A DNA stretch of 64,000 nucleotides, taken from positions 30,320,001-30,384,000 of the forward strand of contig NC_087251.1 in NCBI RefSeq assembly GCF_037042905.1, in the 5' to 3' direction. This document shows positions 49,981-61,948 of the stretch, piece by piece. Position 1 is the first letter of the stretch, and each line of letters begins with the position of its first letter. This DNA comes from Lytechinus pictus (taxonomy: Eukaryota). Below the pieces are notes generated by a model that had not been told where the DNA came from, searched no databases, and was given only the letters and a program-made list of their open reading frames with translations. Both the position numbers and the translations under genes were made by a program.

Positions 49981-52900
49981 CAGGTGCGGATCCATGGGGG
50001 CCGAGGGGGAACTGCCTCAGCCCCCCCCCAAACCCACCCCCCCAGCTCAAAAAAAGAGGGGGGGGGAAGGGAGAAAATAAAAAAAGAAAGAGGAAGATGG
50101 GAAAAGAAGAGAATAGAAAAGAGAGTACGAAGGAGAAAGGAAGAGAAGAAAAAAAGAGAAGAAAAAGGGGAAAGGAAAGACAAAGAAAATGGGAAAAGAA
50201 AAGGGGAAAGAAGAGAAAAAAAGAGAGGAGGGAAAAGGAAGAGAAGAAAAGAAAGGAGAATGGAAAAGGAGGAAAAAGAAGAAACAAAAGAGGAAGGAAG
50301 AGAAGAATATTTAAATGGAGGAAGATGGGAAGAAAGATAAGAAAAAAAAGAGAGAGGAAGATGGGAAAAGAAGAGAAGAAAGCGAGAGAGAGGGGAAGGG
50401 GGAGGGAGAGAAGAAAACAAAGATTACAAGAAAAAAGGGGGGAAAGGAAAGAAAAGAAAAAGGGAAAAGTAAAGGGGAAAGAGAAAAAAAGAGGAAGAGG
50501 GGAAAAGAAAGAAAAGAAAAATTAAGAACGGAGTAAGGAAAAGGAGGAAAAGAAGAAGAAAAAAAAAGAGGAAGGAAGAGAATAATATTTAAAGAGAGAG
50601 GAAGATGGGAAAAGAGGAAAAAAAAGAGTAAGGGGGGAGGAAGAGAAGAAAAACGAGAAAAGAGAGAGGAAAAGAGGGAAAGAAAAGACAGAAAAAGAGA
50701 AGAAAAGGGGGAAAGAAAAGATGGGGGAAAAAGAGAAGAAAAGGGGAAAATAAAGAGAAGAAAAAGAGAGAGAGAGGAGGAAAAGAAGAGAAGAAGAAAA
50801 GGGGAGAGGAAGAGGGGGAAAGAAAGAGAGAAAGAAAGAGAAAGGAAGGAAGGGGAATGAGGATAAGAGAAAGAAAAAAAAAAGAAATGGAGATGGGAAA
50901 CGGAAGAGGGAGATGTTGACCTGGACGTCGATTTGATGGCGCCAAAATGACGTTCGAACTATGGGGCGCCGAACTGATGTTTGAACTGGAGGGGGGCGCC
51001 AAATTGATATTCGAACTAGGGGAGTGCTAATTTGAATTTTGACCATATGGCGACAAATACATGTTTCAGAGAGGGGGAGGGAGGGCAAAGTTATATTTCA
51101 CATGGAGGCGCCAAGTTTATGTTCAACCGAGGGCGACAAATTGACCTTGAACTTAGGGGGCTTAATGCAAATTCATTTTTGACCGGGGGGCGCAACATTG
51201 CTCGTATTGCCTGTTTATAGTGAAATATATGTCCTGCCCAAAAAACTTAAATTAATGCGGCTGAATTAAAATATCCCGCCTTTACGATAACAGACAAAAC
51301 CAATGTTTTCGAGTTTTAAGTCTGTTTAGCGAGATAGATACCCTGTTCAGGGTCACAAAAAAGGGTTATTATCAAATTCAGCTCGCGCTACGTGCTCGCA
51401 ATATTTGATTAATGAGGTATGCATCCTCTGCATCAATCCCACATGTAAGTGTTAGTGTTTTTCAAGTCAACATACATTGGCCGATCCAGGGGGCAAAGAT
51501 TCCCCCCCCCCCCATGGTGGCGCAAAAAAGGGGTAAGAAACATAAAAAAAGAGAAAAAGGACAAGCAATTAGAATAGGAATTATACCTTAGTCTTTCTTA
51601 AGTCAGTATATAAAAAAATTGAGCTCGCGCTTCGCGCTGGCATCAATAAATTGTTTAGTTATATACGCATCCCGACCTTACAGTTTTTTATGCGAACGAG
51701 AAGCACAAGCTGAAAATATTTGATATTCTAACCTGACAACTGAAAATGTATTTTTCATTTCATCAAGTTTTCAGCTAGCGCTTCGCGGTCGCATTCATTT
51801 CTTAATAGATATGCATCGTGTTCATCATAACAACTACTAACATAGATGGATCCAGGCGGCCCGAGGGCAACCTCCCCCCTATTGACAGAGCAAATAAATT
51901 GGGAAAAACGGGGAAAGAAAAAAAGGGGGGAAGAAAGGAGAAAAAAAGAAGACGAAACATAACAGGAGGAAGACGAGTGAATAAAATAAGGTCAGGAGAA
52001 GACTTGGAAAACAATTTTTGAAAATATTTAATGTCACTATATTAAAGTTTCGCTCGCGCATCGCGCTCGCATTGCCTGTTCGATGAGATACATATCTTGC
52101 TCAATATGCTGATATGTAGTTTAAAATATCAAGTTTTGATATCAATATACAAAACATAATTCAGCTCGGACATCGATCTTTCATTATTTTGTTTTATTTA
52201 CCAATTTATGTTTTTAAGTGCTCTGGAAAATGTCCGTTTTATGGTTTTAATCAACATTTACAACATTTTGTGCGCTCGCACTATTTGCCAAGTAGGCCTA
52301 CCTATTGTCTTTTTGTATTTCATATAAGATTGTCTAAATATACCTTTTCAGGTGTCTCGATTGTAAAAAATAATAATAAAGGCCTATGAGCTAGCGCTGT
52401 GCGCTCGCATTTTGATTGATGAGTTATGTATACCTATATATTAATTCTATAACAAACTACTTAAATCCCCCCATTAAAAAATTCCGGATCGCGATTTGCG
52501 CTCGCATTATTTGCTAAAAATATATCAACCAATGAATCCTATTCATGATTACAAAAATACTTAAAATATCCAGTTTTCAGGCCTCATGCACTGGCAACAA
52601 ATTTCACACACTAGGCTTAACAGATTAATAAATATTAAATAAAATTTGTATGAATTCATAATAACTAAATTTTCCCTTTTTCAGAAATAAATATCGACAA
52701 GTTTTAGGAAAAGAAATAGAAGACAGTCATCATTATTATATGATGACAAAATGTCCTTAGGCCTAAAATGTCTCGATCCTAGGTCAAAATAATAATAAAA
52801 TATCAGCTCGCGCTTCGCGCTCGCATTATTTATATAGTGCTATCAAATTTCACTATATACACAGTGCTGTAAACAGTGCTTAAATTGACCCTTTTCATAT

Positions 52901-54584
52901 CGGAATTTCAAATATTATTTTCAGCTCGGGCTCTGCGCTCGCATTATTGATTTTTATGATGAAAAATGAAATGTATTCAGATTGCCAGGATTCTGTCGAA
53001 CTCTAAAACACGCGCACGCATGTTTTTTGAGATACAAAGCTTGATCTTATTCAAAATGTGCTAAAATTATCCAGTTTCGGATCAGAATATCAAAAATGTT
53101 CTGCTCGCGCTTTGCGCTCGCATTATTATTGTAAAAAGATACCAAAAATTATCCATGCTTTTTCATGATTGACAAACATGAATCGAATGTCCCATAGGGG
53201 GATTTGAAATCTCATCTTTTTAGGTTGGAATATCAAAAATGTTCAGCTCGCGCTTTGCTCTCGCATTATTTAATCGTTGAAATATGTATCGTCTTAATGG
53301 CTAACTACAAAACATCCTTAACAGGTCCCTTTTCGACCAGGCCAGAACGAATATTTAACATTTCTGCTCGCGCTTCGCGCTCGTGGTAATTATCTAATTA
53401 CATACGCGTCCTGTTCAGGTTCACAAACATTGCCCAAAATTTTCAATTTTCAGGACAAAATACATGAAATTTCATTTTTAGATTACATAGGGCTTAAGAG
53501 ATTATTACACATTTATGTGGCTTATAAAGTAAAGCTAGGAAATGACTGTTAGGACATGGGCATTTTGCCCACCCCCCCCCCCCAAAAAAAAAGAGAGAAT
53601 CAAGACTAAGAAAAAATAGAGAGAAAATGAAATGGATAAGGATGAAATATAATATTATTTACCAAATATTATGTCAAAATCTATCACAACCTTGTATTTT
53701 TGTAATAAAAATGTCGGCATATTTGCTTGCTCGCTTCGCTCACTGGCAACTTCTTATTAATTTTATGCGATACACCATATCGAGCCCCCTCGAAATTGTT
53801 GGCTCGTTACGGCACTGGGACAACCCCTTCAAAGAAAAAAAAATCAACTTTGAGCGGCCGATCGGGGAAAATATGGGTGAAAAAATGGCCCCTCCCCCTA
53901 TTGGCGGAAGCTGGGTCCACCCCTGACTTAGGCTTTCAGGATATAATACATGAAAAATCTATTTAAAAAATCAGATCGCGCTTCGCGTTCTCATTATTTA
54001 TTTAGGCCATGTGAGATACCTCAATGTGTTTTTAAGAATGAAATCTCAGATTTTCTTTATAACGTCTACCCCCTCCCACTTCATTTACTTTTTTAACTTG
54101 GTGCCGTCGCCACCCCCCCCCCCCCCGTGCACCCATGCTGAATAAATACGCCACTGATGAGGAGAATTAGTCGATTGCTTCGAGATTGCATTATTCCCAA
54201 GAGGTTATTAATATTATTGAAGGGTATTCTAAATCAACAGTACAGAAACTACAGCTCCCGTTCACACAATATTCTAGTAGGGCCTACTCTGGTTATTAGA
54301 AGTTACACCAATTTGAACCCCCTCCCCCCCCCCATCGCTCGTGCTTCGCGCTCCCATTGATATCACATTATATATTGATGGATTTTTTTTTATAGAACAC
54401 ATGAAAAAGTGGTCTTTGTTTTTTTTTTATGTGATTATAAGATAATTCAAAATCCATTTAAGGCACTTAAGTTAGCCTGGCCAGGAGGGAGTGGGCGCCA
54501 TTTTTCGAAAAGTACACATGGGCGCCAAAAATCAGGTCAAATTCCCCCCCCCTCCCTCCCCACGAAATCCTGGATCCGCGCCTG
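49981..54584. mobile_element. 4.6-kb composite non-autonomous hAT element
   Basis: CAGGTGCGGATCCA / TGGATCCGCGCCTG; TSD GGTTCTAT/GCTTCTAT. Confidence 0.85.
50050..50910 (+). repeat. Polypurine (GA-rich) low-complexity tract
   Basis: ~860 bp almost exclusively A/G on + strand. Confidence 0.95.
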
Positions 54585-54721
54585 GCTTCTATAACAATAA
54601 CCCAATTAGGGCAATCACCCCCTGACAACTACTTCAAGGAAAACATTATCCCCATATTTTTACCACCGGGGACTGTTACCCCCCCCCCCCGGAAATTTAC
54701 TCTCCAGACAATTACCCCTAG

Positions 54722-55433
54722 TACGGAGCCTTGAAAATGCCATCAACGTGAAGACATGGCGTGGTACTTTATCTTGCCATGTCTTAATTAATCATTGGTG
54801 GCGGAAGGCAAACAAAATTAGGGGTCCACCTGAAATTTTGGGATGGACACAGGTAAAAATTTTGACAAGCAAATCAACCAAAATTGATAGGAGGGACCAC
54901 CAAAATTTCTTGACAAGAAAAAAAAAGGTTATCAACCAAAATTAGGGGGGGGGACAAAAAGATTTTAGGGGGGCCCACCTCAATTTAGGGGGGGGGACGT
55001 AGAAAACAAATTGACAAGCAAACAAAAAGGTTCTCAACTAAAAATCTAGGGGGGACCGTCCCCCACCTCAAAACATAGAGGGGAAATACCCCCCCCCCCC
55101 CCCCCCCGCTTCCACCGCCTAAGTATACGCTTATTATTTCGACATAGCGATATATTCTATCTTGTCAAGTCGATATGTCCACATGGCGAGATATGAAGTG
55201 TACAAGTCCCGGCGAGAATCCCGATATATCGCCTTGTTGACATGTAACTTATTTAAGTCGACTTGGCAAGATAAAATATCTCGCCATGTTGACATATAAC
55301 TTTTTATATAGGTGGACTGACTTGGCAGGATAACGTATCGCGCCATGCGGACATAATAAGCTTATTTAGTCGACAAGGCAAGATAAAGTATCTCGCCATG
55401 TCGTCAAGTCGATGGCATTTTAGAGGCTCCGTA
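54722..55433. mobile_element. MITE with TACGGAGCC termini, itself carrying a G/C-tract insertion (~54793-55123)
   Basis: TACGGAGCCTTGAAAATGCCATC / GATGGCATTTTAGAGGCTCCGTA. Confidence 0.75.
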
Positions 55434-56028
55434 TGGCGTCTAGAGGGTAAATTTCCGGGGGGTGGGGGGTAACAGTCCCTGCACGATAAAAATATGGGGA
55501 TAATATTTTCCTTGAAGTAGATGTCAGGGGGCGATTGTCCTTTGGGTCATCGTTATGGAACCCCATGGGCTCGTATCATTGGCCTTTTGACCTCTTGATG
55601 ACATTGGATCTCACTATATCCTGATCATAATTTTACACACACCGCGGACTATCGGACCCGCGGTCTATCGGACCCGCGGTCTATCGGACCCGCGGTCTAT
55701 CGGACCCGCGGACTATCGGACCCGCGGTCTATCGGACCCGCGGTCTATCGGACCCGCGGAGTATCGGACCCGCGGTCTATCGGGCTGTAACCATAAAAAA
55801 ACGCTTCGCGCTTTGTTTCGCTACCTAGGCCTCATGTTAATGATTAAAAGTGTGCTTAGAATGTCCCGTTATCTGGTAAGTTCATACACATTTCAGTTTG
55901 CGCTACGCGCTCGCATTCTTATTGATAAACTTACCACGCTCATCTATTTACACTCAACTTGAGCTCACGCTTCGCGCTCTTATTTATTCATTCATTAAAA
56001 AAATACACAGGATAGACATGTTAAGTTA

Positions 56029-56189
56029 TACCTTGGTCACATTTGCTCTACGGCGTCCACACGGCGAGTCGAAAACAGCCGTTTAAACATTTTTGTACCA
56101 ACTACATATCGGTGGTTTAAATTAAAATTAATGAAACGGCTGTTTTCGACTCGCCGTACGGCCGCCGTAGAGCAAATGTGACCAAGGTA
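56029..56189. mobile_element. PIF/Harbinger MITE
   Basis: TACCTTGGTCACATTTGCTCTACGGCG perfect TIR; TTA TSD. Confidence 0.88.
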
Positions 56190-57260
56190 TTAATATATAC
56201 TCTTTTTCCAACATGGTTCTGTTGAAATTAATAAAATATATAACAACATACAGAAAAAAATTCATAAAACAATTTAAATTCAGATATTATAGATAGAAAA
56301 TAAAGACTGAGTGACATAGGTATTAACAAACATAGATACATTAATAAACAAAAAATACATGTGCATTTGATAGTAAAATACCGAATTGAAAATGTAGACC
56401 TGCATAGAAATGTAGAATGGAGAGTGAATAGAGTGTTAAGAGAAGCACGTTTTCTTGTATTTCCTTTTAAATCTATGAATTGTATTTGCATTTTGGTGTT
56501 CCGAATTTTGTTTAATGAGATACTTAGTAATAAGCCAGTTCGTAGTTCCTATCTGCGCATGATCAAAAGATTCTACGCATGATCAGAGGAAGGTCATTTG
56601 TACTAAAGTGACATGGTGGTTTAAAATCTAATGAGATAAGCACCAACTTTGATGTCTTGATTATTCATATATTCTTTTGAATTGTGGTTTTCATTTACAT
56701 CCACAAAAAACAACAACGCGTCCACGAACGACTGGTTTACACAGTTTGCCAAGTACATTGTGCAACATGCTATGATATGCATTCAAAGTAGGAATGCAAC
56801 AAATACCTTCATAAAGTGTTCATTGGTGTGCTATTCTAGTCACCTGGTCTATTCAATTTCTTCATCCTGCTATGTAAGGCAAGCTTACGTAATATTTTGC
56901 TTTGAAATCTGCCTATCATAATGAAAGAAATGAAAGGTCATTTGACCGAAAATTGTCCATGAGTAACTACGAACTGGTCTATTCATCCAAACATAGTCCT
57001 TTAAAATGTTGGTGAGAAATTTCAAGGGAAAATCCCCGAATTATGTCATCCTGTTCATTATTATAAAAGAGTGTCCGATATTGCGGTATGAACACCAATA
57101 TTTTGATTAGTAATAACAACAAAATTAATATCGATGATGATGATGACGATGATGATAAATATTGATGTAAATAGTAATAGTATGCATATGAACAAAATAA
57201 TTCTAGAATATACAGTTGGCGGATCATTTAATTGGTGTTTATATTTATTTTCTTTTTCAG

Positions 57261-57351
57261 TGTGATTGGGCTGAACTTTGACTTCAATCTAACTGCCTTT
57301 AGAGCGCATGGTGTCTTCATTTAGGCATAATACTGGATGCAACCGATACAG
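57261..57351 (+). other. Candidate spliced exon (non-coding or 5' exon)
   Basis: ttttctttttcag| acceptor and CAG|GTGAGC donor in apparently non-repetitive sequence; no full-length open frame. Confidence 0.3.
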
Positions 57352-58062
57352 GTGAGCTTGTGTTGTACTTGTTAAAAATTCTCACAAATATTTGCGAAAA
57401 ACTGTGATGGATGAGAACGTTTCTAACCCATTTTGTTTACATAAGTTGAATTGTACAGAAAAACTTTGTGAAAGGGAGAATGGAATAAGGAAGATAATGG
57501 AAATCAGAAATGAAATCTTAGGCTCTTTTCTTCCGATAACTTGTATGAATTGTGGGCACATTTACTGACGAGTATTGCTTATAAAGTGCTTATCGCGTAC
57601 TTTATCAGAATGACAATAACAGGTATGAAATACGAATCATATACAATGTTGAACAATTTTTACCATCGTTTTTTTTTCTTCAGTTTGGAAGTTTGTGAAA
57701 TCTGAAATGTCTATAAGTCTTCGGCTCAATATGCCTGTGAAAATAATGTTCGGTTGTGTCATGATTGTTTTGCCTGTAGTATGGCTTTTGTGGATGTAGT
57801 ATTTTTAACATTGTCATTTATCTCTTTATATAGGATAAATACACGGCGAAACGTCCATACGGCTTGCATCTTTAGCTCCATGCTGCGACATGGATCACAA
57901 TATACTCCAATATGTTTAATGCAAGAGGTAGGCAATTTAAGTCTTCTGGTTCTGGATGAGCAGGTCATAGGTTTGAGACCCATTCCAAAATTATATTCCG
58001 ATTCTCACAATACCTGGTGTCTGATAAAGAAAAGCATTGCAAGTGCAGCTCAGGAGAGTATA

Positions 58063-58301
58063 CACTGCAAGAACTCCGGTGTTGATTTAACACCAACCTG
58101 GAATCTATATATGTCCGCACCAGAGAAGTATTGAAACAACACCAGTTTGGAATAAAACAGATGCTGTTTTGATACTAATTGGTGTATAAAAACCTATCTG
58201 GTGTTAGACCAAAACGAAACTTGTGTTGTTTAACACTTCTCCGGTGTGGACATATATAGATTCCGGGCTGGTGTTAAATCAACACCAGAGTTTTTGCATT
58301 T
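58063..58301. mobile_element. CACTG-type (EnSpm-like) MITE
   Basis: CACTGCAAGAACTCCGGTGTTGATTTAACACCA / TGGTGTTAAATCAACACCAGAGTTTTTGCA; TA flanks. Confidence 0.75.
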
Positions 58302-60027
58302 TAAGTGCATGTAAGTGATTTTTTTTTACTGAGACTGTTACTCTCTCCCCCTCTTTTCCAAACAGATGCAAGGGTTTTCAATGGCTTTTCACAGCTATTG
58401 CGAAATCTGACAAGCACTCTTCACGAGTTCTTTTCTTACAACCCTTTGAAACATTCTTCCTCCCGTTCTATTCCGTGTTTTGGATAGTTTCCTTATGTGT
58501 TTTATTGGCAACACAATTTACTAACACATTTGGAAATTGGTCTTGCATTTCTTTACACCGAGACCATTAATTTTTTTGTAGCAATTTTCACGAGCACTGG
58601 TCAAGAACTTAGGAGGGAATTCGAATCTGCAATTAGGTCTTTGGTAATATTATAATTTATGCTGTAAAATGGCAACACAATTTCTGACACATATACGAAA
58701 ATGTGTCTTGTCCACCTTTACTTCATGTACCAAATTTCAGGAGCATAAGTCATAAACTGAACAAGAGGTTCGATCTTAATGCTTTAATATGCCATTACCA
58801 TGGAAACGCATTTTCCAACACATTTGGAAAATGGATCTTGCATGTCGCTCAAGACAAAATGTTCGTGTCAAAAACTAAGGAAGAAGTTCGATCCGCAAGA
58901 CTTTTTCCTAAATTTTCCACAATATTTTGTTACCATATGGCAACACATGATTAACTTTGTCATTGTAACTACCACGGAAACCTTGATAGCGATTTGCTGC
59001 TAAAAGCTCTGTAATCATAGTAGTTCCCATATTATTATCATAGGCTAGTTGTAACTCTATGAAAGGAGCTCTGTATGCATGTCTTAATTTTGTTGGAGGT
59101 CATAGACGAGAAACGGAACAAAATTGTGTAATACTGTTTCACTCTTATTCCTTTTCTGTTTCCATCCAGCGTACGAATTAACCTGGTATCGACCAAGACT
59201 TGTATCACATTGAATACGATTGATTACCAACTAATCCATGTACATCTGAGCCTCAATTATGTCAATTGTCAAGTGGAATATGGCCTTCGCTCGTGTATGC
59301 AATCACCATCCATGCGACCATGGACCTGCGAGCTGCTCAACGAGGGATAGAAGAGGTAATTATCAGGAGCTAGGTTATATGGCGGGTCAGGTGGACAAGA
59401 TGATGTTGCTTGGAAGGCATCCGCATGTGGTTATCTCACGGTGAGAATGAGGTCTGACGTAACTGTTGAACGGCTAATCCGATTTCCCACTTGAGATGAG
59501 CCAGTTATGCCAGGAGGAGGAATAGGGTCTGGGCAGTGAACTTTGGTTGAGGAATATACCAAGACGATACCATGGTTATACCAAGTTCACCCGAAGCAGT
59601 CTCATCATGATGAGGGGTGTCATGGATCCAGTTGGTCATCCGCGGCCTGCCCGAGCCCGAGTGATCACTTAACGTTACATAACGGGAATGTTCTCGAGCT
59701 CGGGGACGTTAAAAAAAGAAGCTTTGTACAATATACAAGATTTGTTGATCAAAACATGTCAACCAAAATCATGTCGCCTTCCACGCATGGGACAACGTTA
59801 CGAATTTCAATCATTAAACGATATATCTAGTGGCGTTATCCCGGGGGCGTTATTCAGATAAAATGACGTAAAGGACGAGGTAACACAACCTCCGTCTCAC
59901 CTTGCTTGCGGGAAAATTTACATTACCTGTAGACAGGGCCTATAAATGCTCGAAGTGAATTCTGTTTAGGTATTTATCGTTCTTGAGGAAATTCCCGTGC
60001 TGTATATGCCGTGTATATGTAATTCTC

Positions 60028-60335
60028 GCTCCGCGTTGTACAGAGGGGTTCAAGAACACAGTATTGAAAATGCTCATCAAAATAATGACTGACAATTAAA
60101 GAACAGCTGCTGTGAGGAATTATTGTCTAAAATTGGTGAACCGGAACAGCAGTTTCGTACTAATTTTCGGAGCTGACGAAAAATTGGAAATATGTCGTTT
60201 GTCCAGAGTCTAGGACGAAACTGCTGTTTTGATCCAGTAATTTTCGACAAAGACTTCTTGGCTGTTCGTTCTCATGAAGGGCATTTGACAACACATTTTC
60301 TCTGTTCCTGAATCCTCCATAGTACGTCGCGGAGC
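60028..60335. repeat. Degenerate palindromic MITE
   Basis: gctccgcgttgtac..ggttcaagaaca / tgttcctgaatcc..gtacgtcgcggagc; inner aacagcagtttcgt / acgaaactgctgtt. Confidence 0.65.
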
Positions 60336-60591
60336 TCACTCACTCATGTCTCAAAGTCGGTGAAATAACACATAGTCATCACAGTGTGTTATAGTCAACA
60401 TTCATAATCATAGTCAGTTGTATGAATACATGTTGTAATATAGTCAACACATTCTGTATGAACAAGGTGTGTCCACAGTATGGGTGTATCACAGATTAAT
60501 GACACAGAGAGAAACGGTTCGCCCTGCTTGACGTAACTTCTTCGCTGATGTGACGAAAATACACTGCTCGGCACATACTCGGCCCATTTAA

Positions 60592-61181
60592 AAAACAAGT
60601 CACCCCATTTGAATTGAATAAAAAGAGAAAAATCCAACAAGCATAACACTGATAAAAAAAATTCATCAAAATCGAATGTAAATTAAGAAAGTTATGACAT
60701 TTTCAAATTTCGCTTGATTTCACAAAAAGGTTATATGCACATCCTGGTCAGTATGCAAATGAGGGGACTGATGACATCATCCATTTACTATTTCTTTTGT
60801 ATTATATAAAATATGAAATATTCTAGTCCGCATCTTTCAGTGAAACAAAGTTTGATTCCTCCCTGAACATATGGCATTACCATTGTTATAACATGTTATG
60901 GTTCAGTATAAGTTGGTCCTTAATGTCAAATTGGTAAAAAAAAAAATGAAACATTGTATAATTCAAACAATAAAAAAAAAAGAAATAGTGAGTGAGGGAC
61001 ATCATCGTCTGTCTCATTTGCATGTCACCGAGTTGTGCAAACTGTTTTGTGAAAAATAAGCGAAACTTCAAAATTTCTTAATGTTCTTATTTTGCATCCG
61101 ATTTTTATCAAATTTCAGCATTATATGTTTGATTTTTCTCTATTTATTCAAACCAACATTTTTCTGGGGTGGACTTCACCT
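60592..61181. mobile_element. Kolobok-like non-autonomous element
   Basis: TTAA at both flanks; right end CTGGGGTGGACTTCACCT; long internal IRs. Confidence 0.75.
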
Positions 61182-61672
61182 TTAATGAAACTTGCAACTT
61201 TGAGAAATTCATCTGTTACAATGTGTTAATTCACACAATCCGTGGAGATAAGAACCAATGGAGATAAGAACCAATCACTTAAATCTATTCGAAAAGAGTT
61301 CAAATCATACATAAAATTAGTATGAAGGTGTGTTTTAAAACATAAAGTTGGTGCAAAGTGTTAATACTTTACATAAAACATACCAAAAGTATTTTGACCA
61401 ATTTAGTTATTTTGACCACCTTAATCACGTGCTAAATGTCTGTGCCGGAGTCTATGAAAACTATACATATACAGTGTATGTCAATAAAACCGTTACTGGT
61501 AAAAGCTGTCAAAATTCTGTTTATAAGTATAAAGGAGTTTTAAAAAAAATATGTGTTGCAAGTTCAAGATTGCGATGGTTTCTTTGGTGATTATTGCGGG
61601 GATTATTGTTAGATATGTGCACGTTTGAAGACTTTCTGATGTAGAGTAATGTGATCATTCTATATACATCAG

Positions 61673-61948
61673 GGCCTCGTCTTACAAAGAGTTACGACTT
61701 GATCCGATCAATATCAAGTATATGAAAATCCATCAATGTCATGGTTTTTCCTTCAGGAAATTTTCCTCAATGTCCTTGAAAACAAAGAGAAGCATACTGA
61801 ATTGTCAAGAAAAAAAACAGTGAATGTATAAATATACGTCATTTCTAGAAAATCTTTTGAACAAACATGTATTTTATATGTTGACTTTGCTGGCTTTCCA
61901 TAGTTGCGATTGATCGGACCAATCGCAAATTCTTTGTAAGATGGGCCC
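61673..61948. mobile_element. PIF/Harbinger-like MITE
   Basis: GGCCTCGTCTTACAAAGAG / TCTTTGTAAGATGGGCCC; CAG/CTG flanks. Confidence 0.7.

Larger units (their letters stand above)
49781..55792. mobile_element. Foldback (MULE-like) element with 16-bp sub-terminal arrays, expanded by nested insertions
   Basis: GGGGACATCCCGATAG / CTATCGGGCTGTAACC; arrays of CCGATAGACCGCGGGT in inverted orientation; flanks ATCAAAAA/ATAAAAAA. Confidence 0.85.

Noticed and set aside
49952..51088. Long K/R/E-rich and F/S/L-rich ORFs (up to 189 aa)
   Set aside because: Translations of the polypurine tract; no domain or splice support.
50930..51200. ~28-bp repeats GGGGCGCCAAATTGAT.TTCGAACT as a CRISPR array
   Set aside because: Contiguous tandem units without unique spacers, inside a hAT element in eukaryotic DNA; no cas genes.
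51375..54360. True CRISPR interpretation of the CGCGCTTCGCG arrays
   Set aside because: Repeats are degenerate, spacing is irregular, spacers are mutually related and there are no cas ORFs; kept only as a TE motif finding.
58500..58960. Four loose repeats of atggcaacaca..acacatttggaaa
   Set aside because: Too degenerate to assign; likely an old TE interior.
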